Origin: an uncultured Methanosarcinaceae archaeon
GTDB lineage: Archaea; Halobacteriota; Methanosarcinia; Methanosarcinales; Methanosarcinaceae
Assembly: GCA_963833425.1 (NCBI GenBank)
Contig: CAWHXP010000006.1
Span: 64,001-128,000 of the forward strand
Reading direction: 5' to 3'
Length of the DNA stretch: 64,000 nucleotides
A model generated the notes under the pieces. It saw only the letters and a program-made list of their open reading frames with translations. It made no database searches and had not been told where the DNA came from. The position numbers and the translations under genes are program-made. Shown piece by piece: positions 23,353-34,252 of the stretch. Position 1 is the stretch's first letter, and the number at the start of each line of letters is the position of its first letter.

Positions 23353-23980
23353 TGCACATCTCCATTTTTTGAATAATCTCCTCAACGTTAGCTTTGGTAT
23401 TGAAACATCCATCTTTACGAAGAAGAATGCCATGAACAGAAACAAAAGATACAGCTTGCATGCTTTCAGCAAGCTCGTTATAACAGGCAACCCCCAGGCA
23501 AGCTTCAGGCATATATTCCTTAAAAATTTTTTTGATAAAACTCCCCCCTGGAACTACAAAAACCCTAAAGTTACATCTACCAGCAGCATCGCAGAGTTTC
23601 GAGATATCACATAGTCCACAACGCTTGCACTCATATCCAAAAACTGGATCACACCTAGCCTTGCAGCTGGGATGCCGCAAACACTGTGGAAGAAGCAAGA
23701 TTCTCCGGCCTTTTGTATGCAGAAAATCATCAAACATAACAGCATTCCGGATATCAATGAGTATATCATCAACAAGCGTATCCCTGATCCAGAAAACTTT
23801 ACATAGCCATTTTGCAGGAGAATAGAAAAAATAAAGTGTGAACAACACAAATCCCGGAAAAATGATCTTGTGATTTTTAAAAGAGTAAGCTCCTACTAAC
23901 AGGGCAATTCCCATACCTGCAAGAGCAAAGAGTATAAAGTATACGAATATTTTTCCAAGAAATTCATAAGGAATCTCCAT
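23345..23980 (-). CDS. DUF116 family membrane-anchored Cys-rich protein
   Basis: TM, PQCLRHPSC, CKRCGLC, PGGS, GVAC, DGC.NT; overlaps the next gene by 8 bp. Confidence 0.87.
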   Translation of the reverse strand: MEIPYEFLGKIFVYFILFALAGMGIALLVGAYSFKNHKIIFPGFVLFTLYFFYSPAKWLCKVFWIRDTLVDDILIDIRNAVMFDDFLHTKGRRILLLPQCLRHPSCKARCDPVFGYECKRCGLCDISKLCDAAGRCNFRVFVVPGGSFIKKIFKEYMPEACLGVACYNELAESMQAVSFVSVHGILLRKDGCFNTKANVEEIIQKMEMCNV

Positions 23981-24832
23981 ATTCAAGGGGAAGAAAGTAT
24001 CGCTATTTAAGCTTTACTATATTAACCTTGTTTAATAGTATGAAATTAATTTGGAGTGAAAAATCAGATTTTAGTCAAAAATTATTTAATAAAATTCAAA
24101 AATTAATTACTTACAATAGATTTCTTCATTCTTCCAAAATATGAAAATGGCCCTTCAATATAGAACTCAACTTGACAAATTAGGGATATAATTTAAAATT
24201 AATTATAGCCAGGCAACTATAAAAGTTCTAGATTATTTTCAAACTTACTTTAGACAATTTGATAAGGTAAACTCTGATTTCGGCTTGCTCTACGATTTCT
24301 GAACATAGAGTATTATCGAACCAGCTGTCTAACCTATTGAAGTTTAAAAAGTCTGTACGAACTCTCTTCTTTAAAGTATCGAATCATATTTGATAGAGAA
24401 TTTCCGATGGAATTTCATTAATAAATTAACGTGATCTTTACCTATTCCTATATACTAATTTTGTAGCCTTTCTCAACGCAAATAATGATAAGGATCTAAA
24501 TGAATCCTTTAATTTACTTATTGTAGAGAATTTAGATAAACCTCCAGAGTATATCTATACTTAGGCACCGACACTATGGGATAGACGACTTGACCATAGC
24601 AATGGCTAAATCTGTTTAATTTTAATGAGTATGATATCCCTGTAACATATGGATGCCACCACCTTTGACCATGGAAGCAAAAATAAACTCATTTTCAAAG
24701 AAGCTATGATTTAGAGAATTAAACGAAAACAAAAAGAAACGAGAGTCCATATCATTCCTACCTATGGAGTAGAATAGTTTTGACCGTCCGCACACCAGAA
24801 GCATAAAAAATAAGCCAAGACTATTTATTAAA

Positions 24833-24856
24833 AGAAGGACTGGAGATCCAGCCTTC
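24833..24856 (-). terminator. Hairpin downstream of hdrD
   Basis: GAAGG-a-CTGGA/TCCAG-CCTTC stem followed by TTTT on the minus strand. Confidence 0.55.
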
Positions 24857-24868
24857 GTATTCTTTTGT

Positions 24869-26102
24869 TTAATCCAGTTTCAGACCTAAAGCCTGTGCAA
24901 CTAGCTCAATGACATCTTCAACGTCGATGTCAGCTTTCATAGAGTCACGGCCATCCATCAGGTTTCTCTTACAAAATGGACATGCACTTGACAGGATATC
25001 TGCTTTGGTTTCGAGAGCATCCTTAACTCTGGACTGTGCAACACCATCTGCAAGATCAGGGATACCAGCCTTTACTCCACCTCCGGCTCCACAACAGCGC
25101 TGAAATTCTTTGATCCTATCCATTTCAACGAACTTGACACCCGGAATGTGAGTAAGAACATACCTAGGCGCATCATATACGCCTACGTGACGGCCTAGGT
25201 GACAGGGATCATGGTAAGTAATTGTCTTATCAATAGACTTTTCCCATTTAATTTTTCCCTGCTTTATCAGGTCTGCAAGGAACTCAGTGATATGAACAAC
25301 CTCAAAAGGCAGTTCTTTGCCGAGAAGTCTTGGCCAGTCTACTTTTGCAGCACGGAAACAGCCTGAACATGCGAATAGGACTTTTTTAGCACCTTTTTTC
25401 ATGATGGCTTCTACATTGTGTTTTGCAACTTGAAGGGGCATCATATCATTGACATGTGCCTGCCCTGTCCTGATCAGGGCAGAACCACAGCACCATTCAT
25501 CTTCCCCAAGCATAGCAAACTTAATGCCTAGCTTGTTAAGCACACGAGAGGTAGCAAAGGCTAGAGTGAGCTGCTTGTACCCTGCAGTACAACCAGTGAA
25601 ATAGACAATGTCTGATTTGTCTTCAATTTTCACATCATCTGGAACCCAGGCAAGCCTGTCTTTCTGGTCAAGAAGGTAAGGGTTATGGTACTGCCCAATA
25701 AGCTTCGGGAACATATTTTGCTTTCCGTACGGACCAATACCTTTCTTGACAAGGTTTGCCCTCAGGGCTTCCCAGAGTTCTACGGTGTTGATGCCGGATT
25801 CACAGACAGTCCCACATATACCGCAGGTTGTGCAGCTGTGAACATCATCTTTAAACTCCTCAAGTTCCGACTGAGGAGATTTCCTGCGGACCAAAGAGCT
25901 TTGCTCTGATCCCATAGGATTTGTTCATGTACTGCCTCCAGCGTAGGATCTTGTCTCTGGGAGCTAAGCCCGGTTTCCCATCGGTGGCAGCATAAGTTGG
26001 GCACCATTTGACACATTCACCACAGCGTGTGCAGGAGTCGAGTTCCATAAGTTGAACTGCTGTAAGATTCTTCGTATCAATTGAAGGGGTACGTTTTGCC
26101 AT
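24869..26102 (-). pseudogene. hdrD: Heterodisulfide reductase subunit D, one +1 frameshift near 25877 (possibly a sequencing error)
   Basis: [13 protein letters not shown], two CxxCxxC motifs, two CCG domains; span 1234 nt = 3n+1. Confidence 0.9.
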
Positions 26103-26106
26103 TTTT

Positions 26107-26897
26107 TTATTCGCCTCCTTTGTTTGCAAGAATTGCAAGTGGCGTAGCGATTACATGAATGTATTTACTGTATGGAACATATGCGATGCAGAAGAGAAGG
26201 GAAATTATGGAGTGGAACAGTGCTGCAGGCGGAGCTGATGCTGGATTTAGTCCAAAGCCCCAGATAATATCGTTCCTAATACCATCGGCAATAAAGCCGG
26301 TGATTGTGATTATGAAAACTCCTGCGAGAAGAAGCCAATCATACATTATGGAAACTTGCCTGATTTCTGTAACAAAAAGTCTTCTCACTATTGCAATGAG
26401 GACTCCGATAAGTAGAATGTACCCGAAAACATAGTTTGGGAAAGATAGGATATCTCTAAATTCAGCAGGTGGTGAAAGGAAGCTTGAGTCCTAATCTTTT
26501 CGGTCATTTCGACTGTAAACATCATCCCTGACATAGCAAAGAGGCTCATCCAGCCTGCAAAAATACAGAAGTGCATGAACCAGCGAAAAGTACTCCTTTT
26601 GAGAATTCTTCTCTGGAAGAGAATATCAAGAATTAGAACCTCTAAGATAGGCTTTCCGTGTCCATGACGAGACACCTCAGTGACCTGCCTCCACCAGGTT
26701 TTTAAGAACCTGATAGCACTCCCCTTCTGCCCTACCTGAGGTTCAAGGGCATAACCTGTTACTCCGGACCCCCATTTCTGGAGGTTACTTATCATACCAT
26801 ATAAGAAAATCACAATAGCTATTGTGCTGAATATCATTATCTGAACAAACGTCATCCTCATTGTTTCTGAGAGCCCAGAATAGTATGCGTATGCCAT
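26107..26897 (-). pseudogene. hdrE: Heterodisulfide reductase cytochrome b subunit E, two +1 frameshifts near 26471 and 26493 (possibly sequencing errors)
   Basis: LILDILFQRRIL, RWFMH, LFHS, SKYIH; span 791 nt = 3n+2. Confidence 0.9.
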
Positions 26898-27257
26898 TTC
26901 ACTGCTAATAGTCTATTCCTCCTATATATAGTCAAAAACTAAGAACTAATGTTACTCCTAAAATTAACATGTTATAAAGTGTAAATAACAGTAAATACAG
27001 AGTGATAACCGTAACAACTGTCTGCATAAGGTTTGAATAATCTGTTAGACTTTGTATTTATTATATTTAAACGTTATCTTTAATTTGCAATACATCGAAA
27101 AGCTTGCAAGAGCCGCGAAAATTTTTGCTTGGAACTAATCGAACAGAAAGAAAAAAGAAGGAGAATAAATAAGGATAAGAATTAAATTATAATATCATCA
27201 TATATATATCATTATGAAATTTTTCTCTAATGAATATAAAAAATAATTTATAAATAA

Positions 27258-27672
27258 ATCACAATCAAATGCCGAGAGCAATAACAGTTGATAAGAATCT
27301 AGCTTATTCTATTGCCATACATGAACTGAAAAATGAAAAAAAGTTGTCTAAAAGGATTGAAATGAGATCAGTAAAATATTTGACTAACATTGTAGAACAA
27401 GATCAGAGGTCTATCAAGCGGATAATTGCTCCAATGCTAAGCTTCGGTCTTTTCGCTCTGCAAGTAAGATTTATAAAAGGAATTGAAGATTTGAATATGG
27501 TTAAAAAAGGACAAATCAAGAATCTAAACTACTCTGGTCTGAATGAAGCTAAATATACCAACCAATTATTTGGAATAGTTCTGTAATATTGATAAATTTT
27601 TCTCGGATATTTTGACTTTTGTTCATCACCCATATATTTACGTGCTTATTCTGATATTTTTGCAACGGAATC
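27258..27672 (+). mobile_element. IS6-family 3' fragment with right IR
   Basis: PRAITVDKN..NIVEQDQR; TTTTTGCAACGGAATC end. Confidence 0.85.
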
Positions 27673-27901
27673 ATTCTTGGTATTGTTTGAATATATATAG
27701 TATACAAATACGATTCAGTGAGGATCCCTGTTTTAATATGCTCGCCTGATAGCTGTAAAATAATACGAAAAAATATACCGATTTTTAAATTAAACTTGTC
27801 CTTCTCTTGAATTCTTGGAGCATTTCAAGTTAGTCCTACCCATCTCCATAATGCATATATTAAAATATAATCTATGTATTATACTTCGTTGGAGATTCCT
27901 T

Positions 27902-28510
27902 ATGGAAAAATACAAAATGTCAGGATACAGAAAAGATCCTGAAGTTCTACACCTCTACGTAAAGGATATTAGGATTTTGACACCGAAGGATTATGAAACC
28001 TTAAAAGCTGCTATTCCGAAAGACTCCCATAGAGCAGTACTCGACATCCTTTTAATCACAGGTATGCGGTATGCTGAGATGCTCAGGCTTTACAACCACA
28101 GAGAGTGGTACAATGATAAGCGGAATATAATCCACCTGCCTGAAGAGGCTCAGAAGAAACATAAAAGAAGACAGCTTGAAAGAACTATCCATCCACTACC
28201 TAGCATGTTTAACTACATTCTCAGAGATTTTTGGGAAGGGAAAAGACCACCTCTAGAACCTACATGGAACAAGAATTTTCAAAGATGGGCTATGAAAGCA
28301 GGCATCAACCCATATGGATTTTCAGTTAAAACTACAAGGAAGACTATAGAGTCATGGATGATAGCCGCCGGAGTGATTGAATCCACTGTGTGTTTGCGCC
28401 AGGGACACGACTCACTCACTTCAATGCGCCATTATCAGGGGCTCGCTTTTTCTGATGACGAGATGAGAGGTATCAAAAAGCAGTTAACAGCTTGGGGATT
28501 AATGAGATGA
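27902..28510 (+). CDS. Small catalytic-domain tyrosine recombinase/integrase
   Basis: TGMRYAE box I, KTTRKT, RQGH and HY nucleophile; 202 aa. Confidence 0.85.
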   Translation: MEKYKMSGYRKDPEVLHLYVKDIRILTPKDYETLKAAIPKDSHRAVLDILLITGMRYAEMLRLYNHREWYNDKRNIIHLPEEAQKKHKRRQLERTIHPLPSMFNYILRDFWEGKRPPLEPTWNKNFQRWAMKAGINPYGFSVKTTRKTIESWMIAAGVIESTVCLRQGHDSLTSMRHYQGLAFSDDEMRGIKKQLTAWGLMR

Positions 28511-28712
28511 CAACTAAAAATACAGAGGCATTAGAATCTGTGATTCAGCCACCTAACCAAAAATTGTGTATGAGATTAAATCAAGATCAGGAACTAAAAC
28601 CTCGAATTATGAAAGATGGCCATATTGCCAAAAATTCGCTGTTTCACAATCATGCAGGAGAGAATATTGGAATTATACAAGTGTAAATCAAATTTTACAA
28701 TTCCAAAGATAG
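28507..28712 (+). pseudogene. Decayed small Zn-ribbon-like ORF coupled to the integrase
   Basis: ATGA overlap; fragments LCMR..KPR..PK..C..SCRREYWN across frames. Confidence 0.35.
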
Positions 28713-28832
28713 AGATAAAAGAGCGATCTACAAATAATAGATTGCCAAAAGGGTTGATTAAATACGTTAAATGCCCTAAAAATGACGGATTTAAGCCAGT
28801 TAGGGCTATAATAAAGCCAAGAGAATACTTAA

Positions 28833-28909
28833 GAAGATTTCAATAAAACTCTATTTTCACGAGTAATTTATATTCCATATATAATATATGAGAGCTTATC
28901 GAAATCCTC
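28833..28909. mobile_element. IS5-type MITE, internally shortened
   Basis: TTAA|GAAGATTTCAATAAAAC...GCTTATCGAAATCCTC|TTCA. Confidence 0.6.
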
Positions 28910-29050
28910 TTCATGATCAACCAATCAAATATTGGATCTTTGGGAAATTTTCTTGTAACTCATGAGCCAGTTAAATTTTTCAGACTGGACAGGAAGGGGA
29001 AAAAGAATACCCTAATATATTTGAATTTCTTAATGAAATGATTTTTCGAG

Positions 29051-30244
29051 TTATGCTCTCATTTTCTGAGCCAACTGTCTACCTATTTTCTCAACCTTTT
29101 TTAAATCTTCGTCGTTGGCTCTACCTCTCACTTGGAAGTTTCCCACAATCTCCAGTTTTGAAGAGATAAGAATCTCTCCGGCTTGTTTGAGTGCTCCTCC
29201 GCCCCAACCAAAGGACCCAAGTACAACACCATACTTTGCCGGTGGATTGAGAGCTTTTACTAGATAAGTACCATAAAGAGCAAGCGGATGCATACCTCCA
29301 AGAACTGTAGGTACTCCGATAACAATCGAACGGGAGTCAACTAGTTCTCTTGCAACATCTCCAATATCTGAGACTGCAAGATCATACATTTTAACATCTA
29401 CCCCTTCTTTAAGAAGAATTTCTGCAATTGTCCGAACCATATCTCGAGTGGATCCCCACATACTCACATAGATGATAAGGGCTTTATTCTCTGTTTTCCC
29501 TGCAGTCCATTTAACATACGGACCGATAATACGGTTTGGATTTGTGTAAATCGGCCCATGACTCGGCGCAATTATTTTGATATTAAGATCCTTAATTTTA
29601 TCAAAAGCTTTTACCCCCATTTTCCCGAAAGGCATCATGATTTCCCCATAATAACGTTTTGCAAAAGGGATCAGTTCTTCGATATCTTCATCGTAGATTC
29701 CCTGAGCTGTATGGGCCCCGAAAAAATCGCATGAAAAAAGAATTTTGTCCTCAGATAAGTATGTGAACATTGTCTCAGGCCAATGAAGCCAGGGAGCTTC
29801 TATGAAACGGAGGGTCTTTCCACCCAGATCAAGGTTGTCTCCGTCAGCGACTATTTTAATCCTGACTTCAGGCAGCTCGTGATAGAGCCTGGCCATACTT
29901 ACTCCTTTTTCGGTTGTGACAAATAAGGCATTTGGAGCTTTTTCTAGGATAAATTTGATGGAATTGGAGTGATCCGGTTCTGCATGGTTCATGATCAAGT
30001 AATCAAGCTTTTCCAAATCAGAGATCATATTGATTTTTGCTTCAAGTTCCTCTTCAAAACCCGGATTCACTGTATCTATTAGAGCTGTTTTCTTTTCACC
30101 TTTTACGTAGTATGAGTTGTAGCTCGTGCCATCTGGCAGAGGAATTAAAGCATCAAACATTCTGCGTGTCCAGTCTTTTGCCCCGACACTGAAAACATTA
30201 TTAGAAATCTCTGGAATATTATAAGTTTTCATAGTTTCCTCCAT
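29051..30244 (-). CDS. fprA: FprA-type flavodiiron protein
   Basis: GTSYNSY, NHAEPDHS, LHWPET, CDFFGAH, APSHG, flavodoxin domain. Confidence 0.93.
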   Translation of the reverse strand: MEETMKTYNIPEISNNVFSVGAKDWTRRMFDALIPLPDGTSYNSYYVKGEKKTALIDTVNPGFEEELEAKINMISDLEKLDYLIMNHAEPDHSNSIKFILEKAPNALFVTTEKGVSMARLYHELPEVRIKIVADGDNLDLGGKTLRFIEAPWLHWPETMFTYLSEDKILFSCDFFGAHTAQGIYDEDIEELIPFAKRYYGEIMMPFGKMGVKAFDKIKDLNIKIIAPSHGPIYTNPNRIIGPYVKWTAGKTENKALIIYVSMWGSTRDMVRTIAEILLKEGVDVKMYDLAVSDIGDVARELVDSRSIVIGVPTVLGGMHPLALYGTYLVKALNPPAKYGVVLGSFGWGGGALKQAGEILISSKLEIVGNFQVRGRANDEDLKKVEKIGRQLAQKMRA

Positions 30245-30599
30245 TCTACATGATGGAATTTAAAAACATAACTAAATTTTGAACTATTTTTATCAATCTA
30301 ATAACTATTCATCAAAATTTTCGTTTATCTCAGCACATGAACTCAATGCTAAAATTCAGCACAGTGATTATCTGACGTGGTAGATTTGTAGACTTGAGAA
30401 TATGTGCTTAAAATATAGGTTACATAATTTGTTTGATGTATATTTGGCATTTTTAAAATATCTAATTATCTCAATATAATAACGCCTTATTATATTTAGA
30501 TAATTATATTAATAGAATAAGTTACGCTCCTCCTTTACACACGATATTTCCAAGATAACTAATAGTTCCTACGGAAAAATGAGCGGAATTACCTCAAGA

Positions 30600-31217
30600 T
30601 TCATTTCAGTAGAGATCACACAGAGTGTAGAGGATATGGGAAACTTTCCAGAGAACCATTATTAACTGACAAATTTGTATTTCAAGCTACCTTTGAATTA
30701 TATAAATGGAACTACGTGATGAAAATCATCAGTCTATAAAAATATTATATTATACTGTTTTTGAGAAGTATTACAAAAAACTCTCTTAAACAATGACTGC
30801 ATCAAAGTTTGAAAGACATATAGTCTGAAATTGATAAAAAGTACTGTTTTAAGTTTGATGCAATCGGTACTTTGGTAATCGTGTACATCTTTTCATTAGT
30901 GATGAACCAAAAAATATCTTTCAGAAATGATGCAAATTACAAAGAATATCGCTGCAAAAAAAAATCATTCAAGAATACTATGTGATTAAAAAAGTTATTT
31001 GGTGGCAAGCTGAAAGTGATTGAGACAACATCAAGCTGTTTGTGGTGATACAACTTCCGATGATACTAAAAAATAAATTTAGAATCGGGAAACAAAAAAG
31101 AAAAAAAAATCATAGAAACAAATGAAAATACTAAATTTGGAATGATTCCTTTATATTCGGAGTAGGGGCTCAAACTTACACATTGTTTGGAGTTGCGTAC
31201 GTTCTCACACCAAAATT
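30600..31217 (+). mobile_element. Decayed IS200-family element (tnpA fossil from ATG 30706)
   Basis: MELRDENH...KYCFKFDAIGT/GNRVHLF...LFGGKL...KQMKILNLE across frames. Confidence 0.8.
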
Positions 31218-31316
31218 TTGAGATTAAGCGAAATATTTAAATCCAGCTAACAGTTTGTTAATAAGTGTACACAAAATGTAAAGATGGATTGATTCGGAAT
31301 ATAAAAAATTTTCAAA

Positions 31317-31388
31317 TGGACTCGACGGGATTTGAACCCGTGGCCTTTACGTTGCGAACGTAACGATCTTCCCCTGATCTACGAGCCC
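31317..31388 (-). tRNA. tRNA-Ala (CGC)
   Basis: GGGCTCG acceptor stem, anticodon arm TTACG-TTCGCAA-CGTAA, GGTTCAAATCC T-loop; 72 nt. Confidence 0.95.
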
Positions 31389-31451
31389 TTTAAAAGAAGG
31401 GGGTGATATAAAAATATTTATCCGGGTATATTGTCCGGCTCTTTTTTCTGT

Positions 31452-31721
31452 TCAGAAACGATAGAGTTCCAGAACCTGAATGTTTTCGACGCCTGGGACT
31501 TTTGCGAAAGCCTCTTCTATAGCTTCGGTTCCACCTTCTCTGTCATTTACAATTAAAGTAGCTATAAGGGCCTTCAGCCCGAAAGCAATGGGTTCTTCAA
31601 TAATATCCCCATGAAGGTCAGCACCTACTGGAATTGCACCTTTTATCTTTTCTTTTAGCTCTACAAGGTTAGTATCAACACTTTCAGGCATGATTTTCAT
31701 TTTTGCCGCAACTTCACCCAT
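31452..31721 (-). CDS. ef1b: Archaeal elongation factor 1-beta
   Basis: KIMPES, EPIAFGLKAL, EGGTE. Confidence 0.95.
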   Translation of the reverse strand: MGEVAAKMKIMPESVDTNLVELKEKIKGAIPVGADLHGDIIEEPIAFGLKALIATLIVNDREGGTEAIEEAFAKVPGVENIQVLELYRF

Positions 31722-31817
31722 TCTGATACCTCTGATCTTTTAGCTTCTTCTGTTGATCAAGTTCATTTTTGATTTTCTTATTAAACGTTTCTATATGATT
31801 CAGAACTTTGCCTTAAA

Positions 31818-32033
<216 letters not shown>

Positions 32034-32170
32034 TTACCAGTAAACCAGGTACTTTAGAATTGGTTTTTTGCTCCGAGAACCTTTATCAACTTCAGCGAGT
32101 TTAATGATCCGAATTTAATGATGCTTTTTGGATACGCTTTGCTTCTCCCCTATCATACACGATATACAAT

Positions 32171-32838
32171 TTAAATATTCCCCTTTACAGCCGTGCCAAA
32201 TACAGGCTTCCCGTATAACGCCTGAATAACCCTTTCTGGATATTTCCCGTTTACAATTAAACACTCCATCCTGTTTTTTTGCAGAAATGGTAGTAAGGCA
32301 GGATCGATGCAGCTTACACAACTTCCCTCTAAATCAGTAACAGAAATTTCTCTCATCAGCTTCCCTTCTTTAAATATTCCATCTACATCCGTAGCCTTCA
32401 AGAGAATTGCCTCTACTTGCTTCGCAACCCATGCAGCAATGGTGTCAGAGGTCACGTCCCAAGTATGAGGTAGTGGGTCTTCGATTTTGAGAAGCCTATA
32501 CGGAAAAAGAATCGACACTCCTTGAGGAATATCTGTTATCGAGTCTGTTGGCACAACGCCGCTTTTATCCTGCAGGTAATAGGCATATTGCTCCATACCA
32601 AGTATAGACATCCAGTGAGAAGCATCTGCTCCAAAAGAAAAAATTCTGTCAGCTGACCTCACGGTATCAGTAAATGTCCCACCTCCAGGTACGATAAGAA
32701 TGGAACTGTATAAGCTCCCATAAGCTTGCCTGCCTTCGAAAGCCATCGAGTTTTCGGAATTAAATTCTTGTATCAATCTATTCACAAGTTCTGGAGCTTC
32801 TTTGAAAAGACTCCCCCTATTTTAATCACCGCCCTCAT
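32171..32838 (-). pseudogene. mfnE: Amino-acid-kinase family protein, MfnE-like; one base missing in a G run at 32813-32817
   Basis: MRAVIKIGG|SLF split by frameshift; VPGGG.F.D, LPHTWDVTSD, TDVDG. Confidence 0.7.
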
Positions 32839-32998
32839 GATTTTAGTCCAGTTGGCATTATAAATAGCCAAGCCCGTGATAAATTACACTCTTATTCGTT
32901 CTTCAAATGTTATTATCAATTTTTAGCGTAGATTTTGATTTAGATAGTTGCGTACATTTATAATTAATCAACTTTTCAAGTCTCTTGAATTGATTTAA

Positions 32999-33088
32999 GA
33001 ATATTTCGAAAACCTCCGATTTCAACAAATTGCTCATTTAGGTTTAAATATAAACAATAGCCAAAAATTGGAGCTTATCGAAATTATC
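32999..33088. mobile_element. ~90-bp IS5-type MITE with TTAA target duplication
   Basis: TTAA|GAATATTTCGAAAACC...GCTTATCGAAATTATC|TTAA. Confidence 0.75.
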
Positions 33089-33153
33089 TTAATTAAAATT
33101 ATCTTATTAATTATTTCTCAACTTCGTTCATTACACTTTTCAGATAAATTTAA

Positions 33154-34252
33154 GAGAATTTCGATAAACTTCGGATTTTATTTCTTAGCAGAAATTTCTC
33201 ATATCTTCCCCTCAATTTCTCTATTTAATTCCTCTTTTTGGCTTTACTTATTCACAATTCTTTGATTTTAAAGATAGCTTCCGCTATCTTCAATATACTT
33301 TTTTTATGTTCAATGTCCTCAATTGATGGAGATTATAACAAAAAGCCGTACACAACATTTTTAGATTTACTCTTTTAACAGTAGTAACAAAAACCCTTCC
33401 TTCTTTGAAAATTTCTTTCGTTACTGAATAAATTCTTTCCCCTGTGACTCTTTTTGAGCTAATTCTCTTATTTCTTAATATATCCTTTATTCCCAACGTA
33501 TGTCCTTTGACCGCTCTTTTCATTAACGTTGTGATTTTGCTCCAAAGTATGCTCTGTTGTTATATCTACATACGAATCATGTACTGACGCAGTTGTTGTT
33601 TTGAATCTTCTGATCAGCTCATAATCTCTGTCTATTATATTATGAAGCTTATATCCAAAGTGAGACTTACCTCCCTTTTTTGTCCATGTTCCGTCTCTGC
33701 TTCTTCTTGTTTTTGCCTCATCTCTCTGCTTTTGCATGTCCTGGATCTGAATGGATAAAAGTAGCATCCTGAATAATTCCCTGCTTTATCTGTAAACCCA
33801 GAGTATCAAGTTGGCTTTGCAACTTTCCCCATATTTTCTTTGAAATTCTCGATAATTCTCTCCCTAAATAGCTATACAGTAGTACTGTCAGGTATGCATT
33901 CCGGAAATCCAAGGAATTTCCTAAAAGAAATTCGATCTATACACTGTTTCTCAAGTTCAAAATCAGAGCGCCTATGACATTGTTGTAAAACAAGCATTTT
34001 GAACATCACAATGACATCAGTTTCAGGTCTCCCTCCTGAAACGATTTTGTTAATATACATAGGCTCAAGAATAATACGAAAAGTTTTCCAATCAATTAAG
34101 GAAGCAATTTCAGCAAGCTTATCTCCAACAGATTCAAGACGTTTATACTCTTCTTTAAGAGCAAAATCAGTAAGAGTTTTCATGAATATACATAAATATT
34201 GACAAATTTAAAGCCAACCATGCTCAAGAGCATGGAGGTTATCGAAATTCTC
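33154..34252 (-). mobile_element. IS5-family element, frameshifted transposase, TTAA target duplication
   Basis: TIRs GAGAATTTCGATAA / TTATCGAAATTCTC flanked by TTAA; four transposase fragments. Confidence 0.93.

Noticed and set aside
24869..26897. Programmed frameshifting in hdrED
   Set aside because: No slippery heptamers or stimulatory structures at the three sites; two shifts within about 25 bp is implausible
27700..31388. tRNA-Ala-integrated island using the integrase
   Set aside because: No duplicated tRNA end found, and the intervening fprA looks chromosomal
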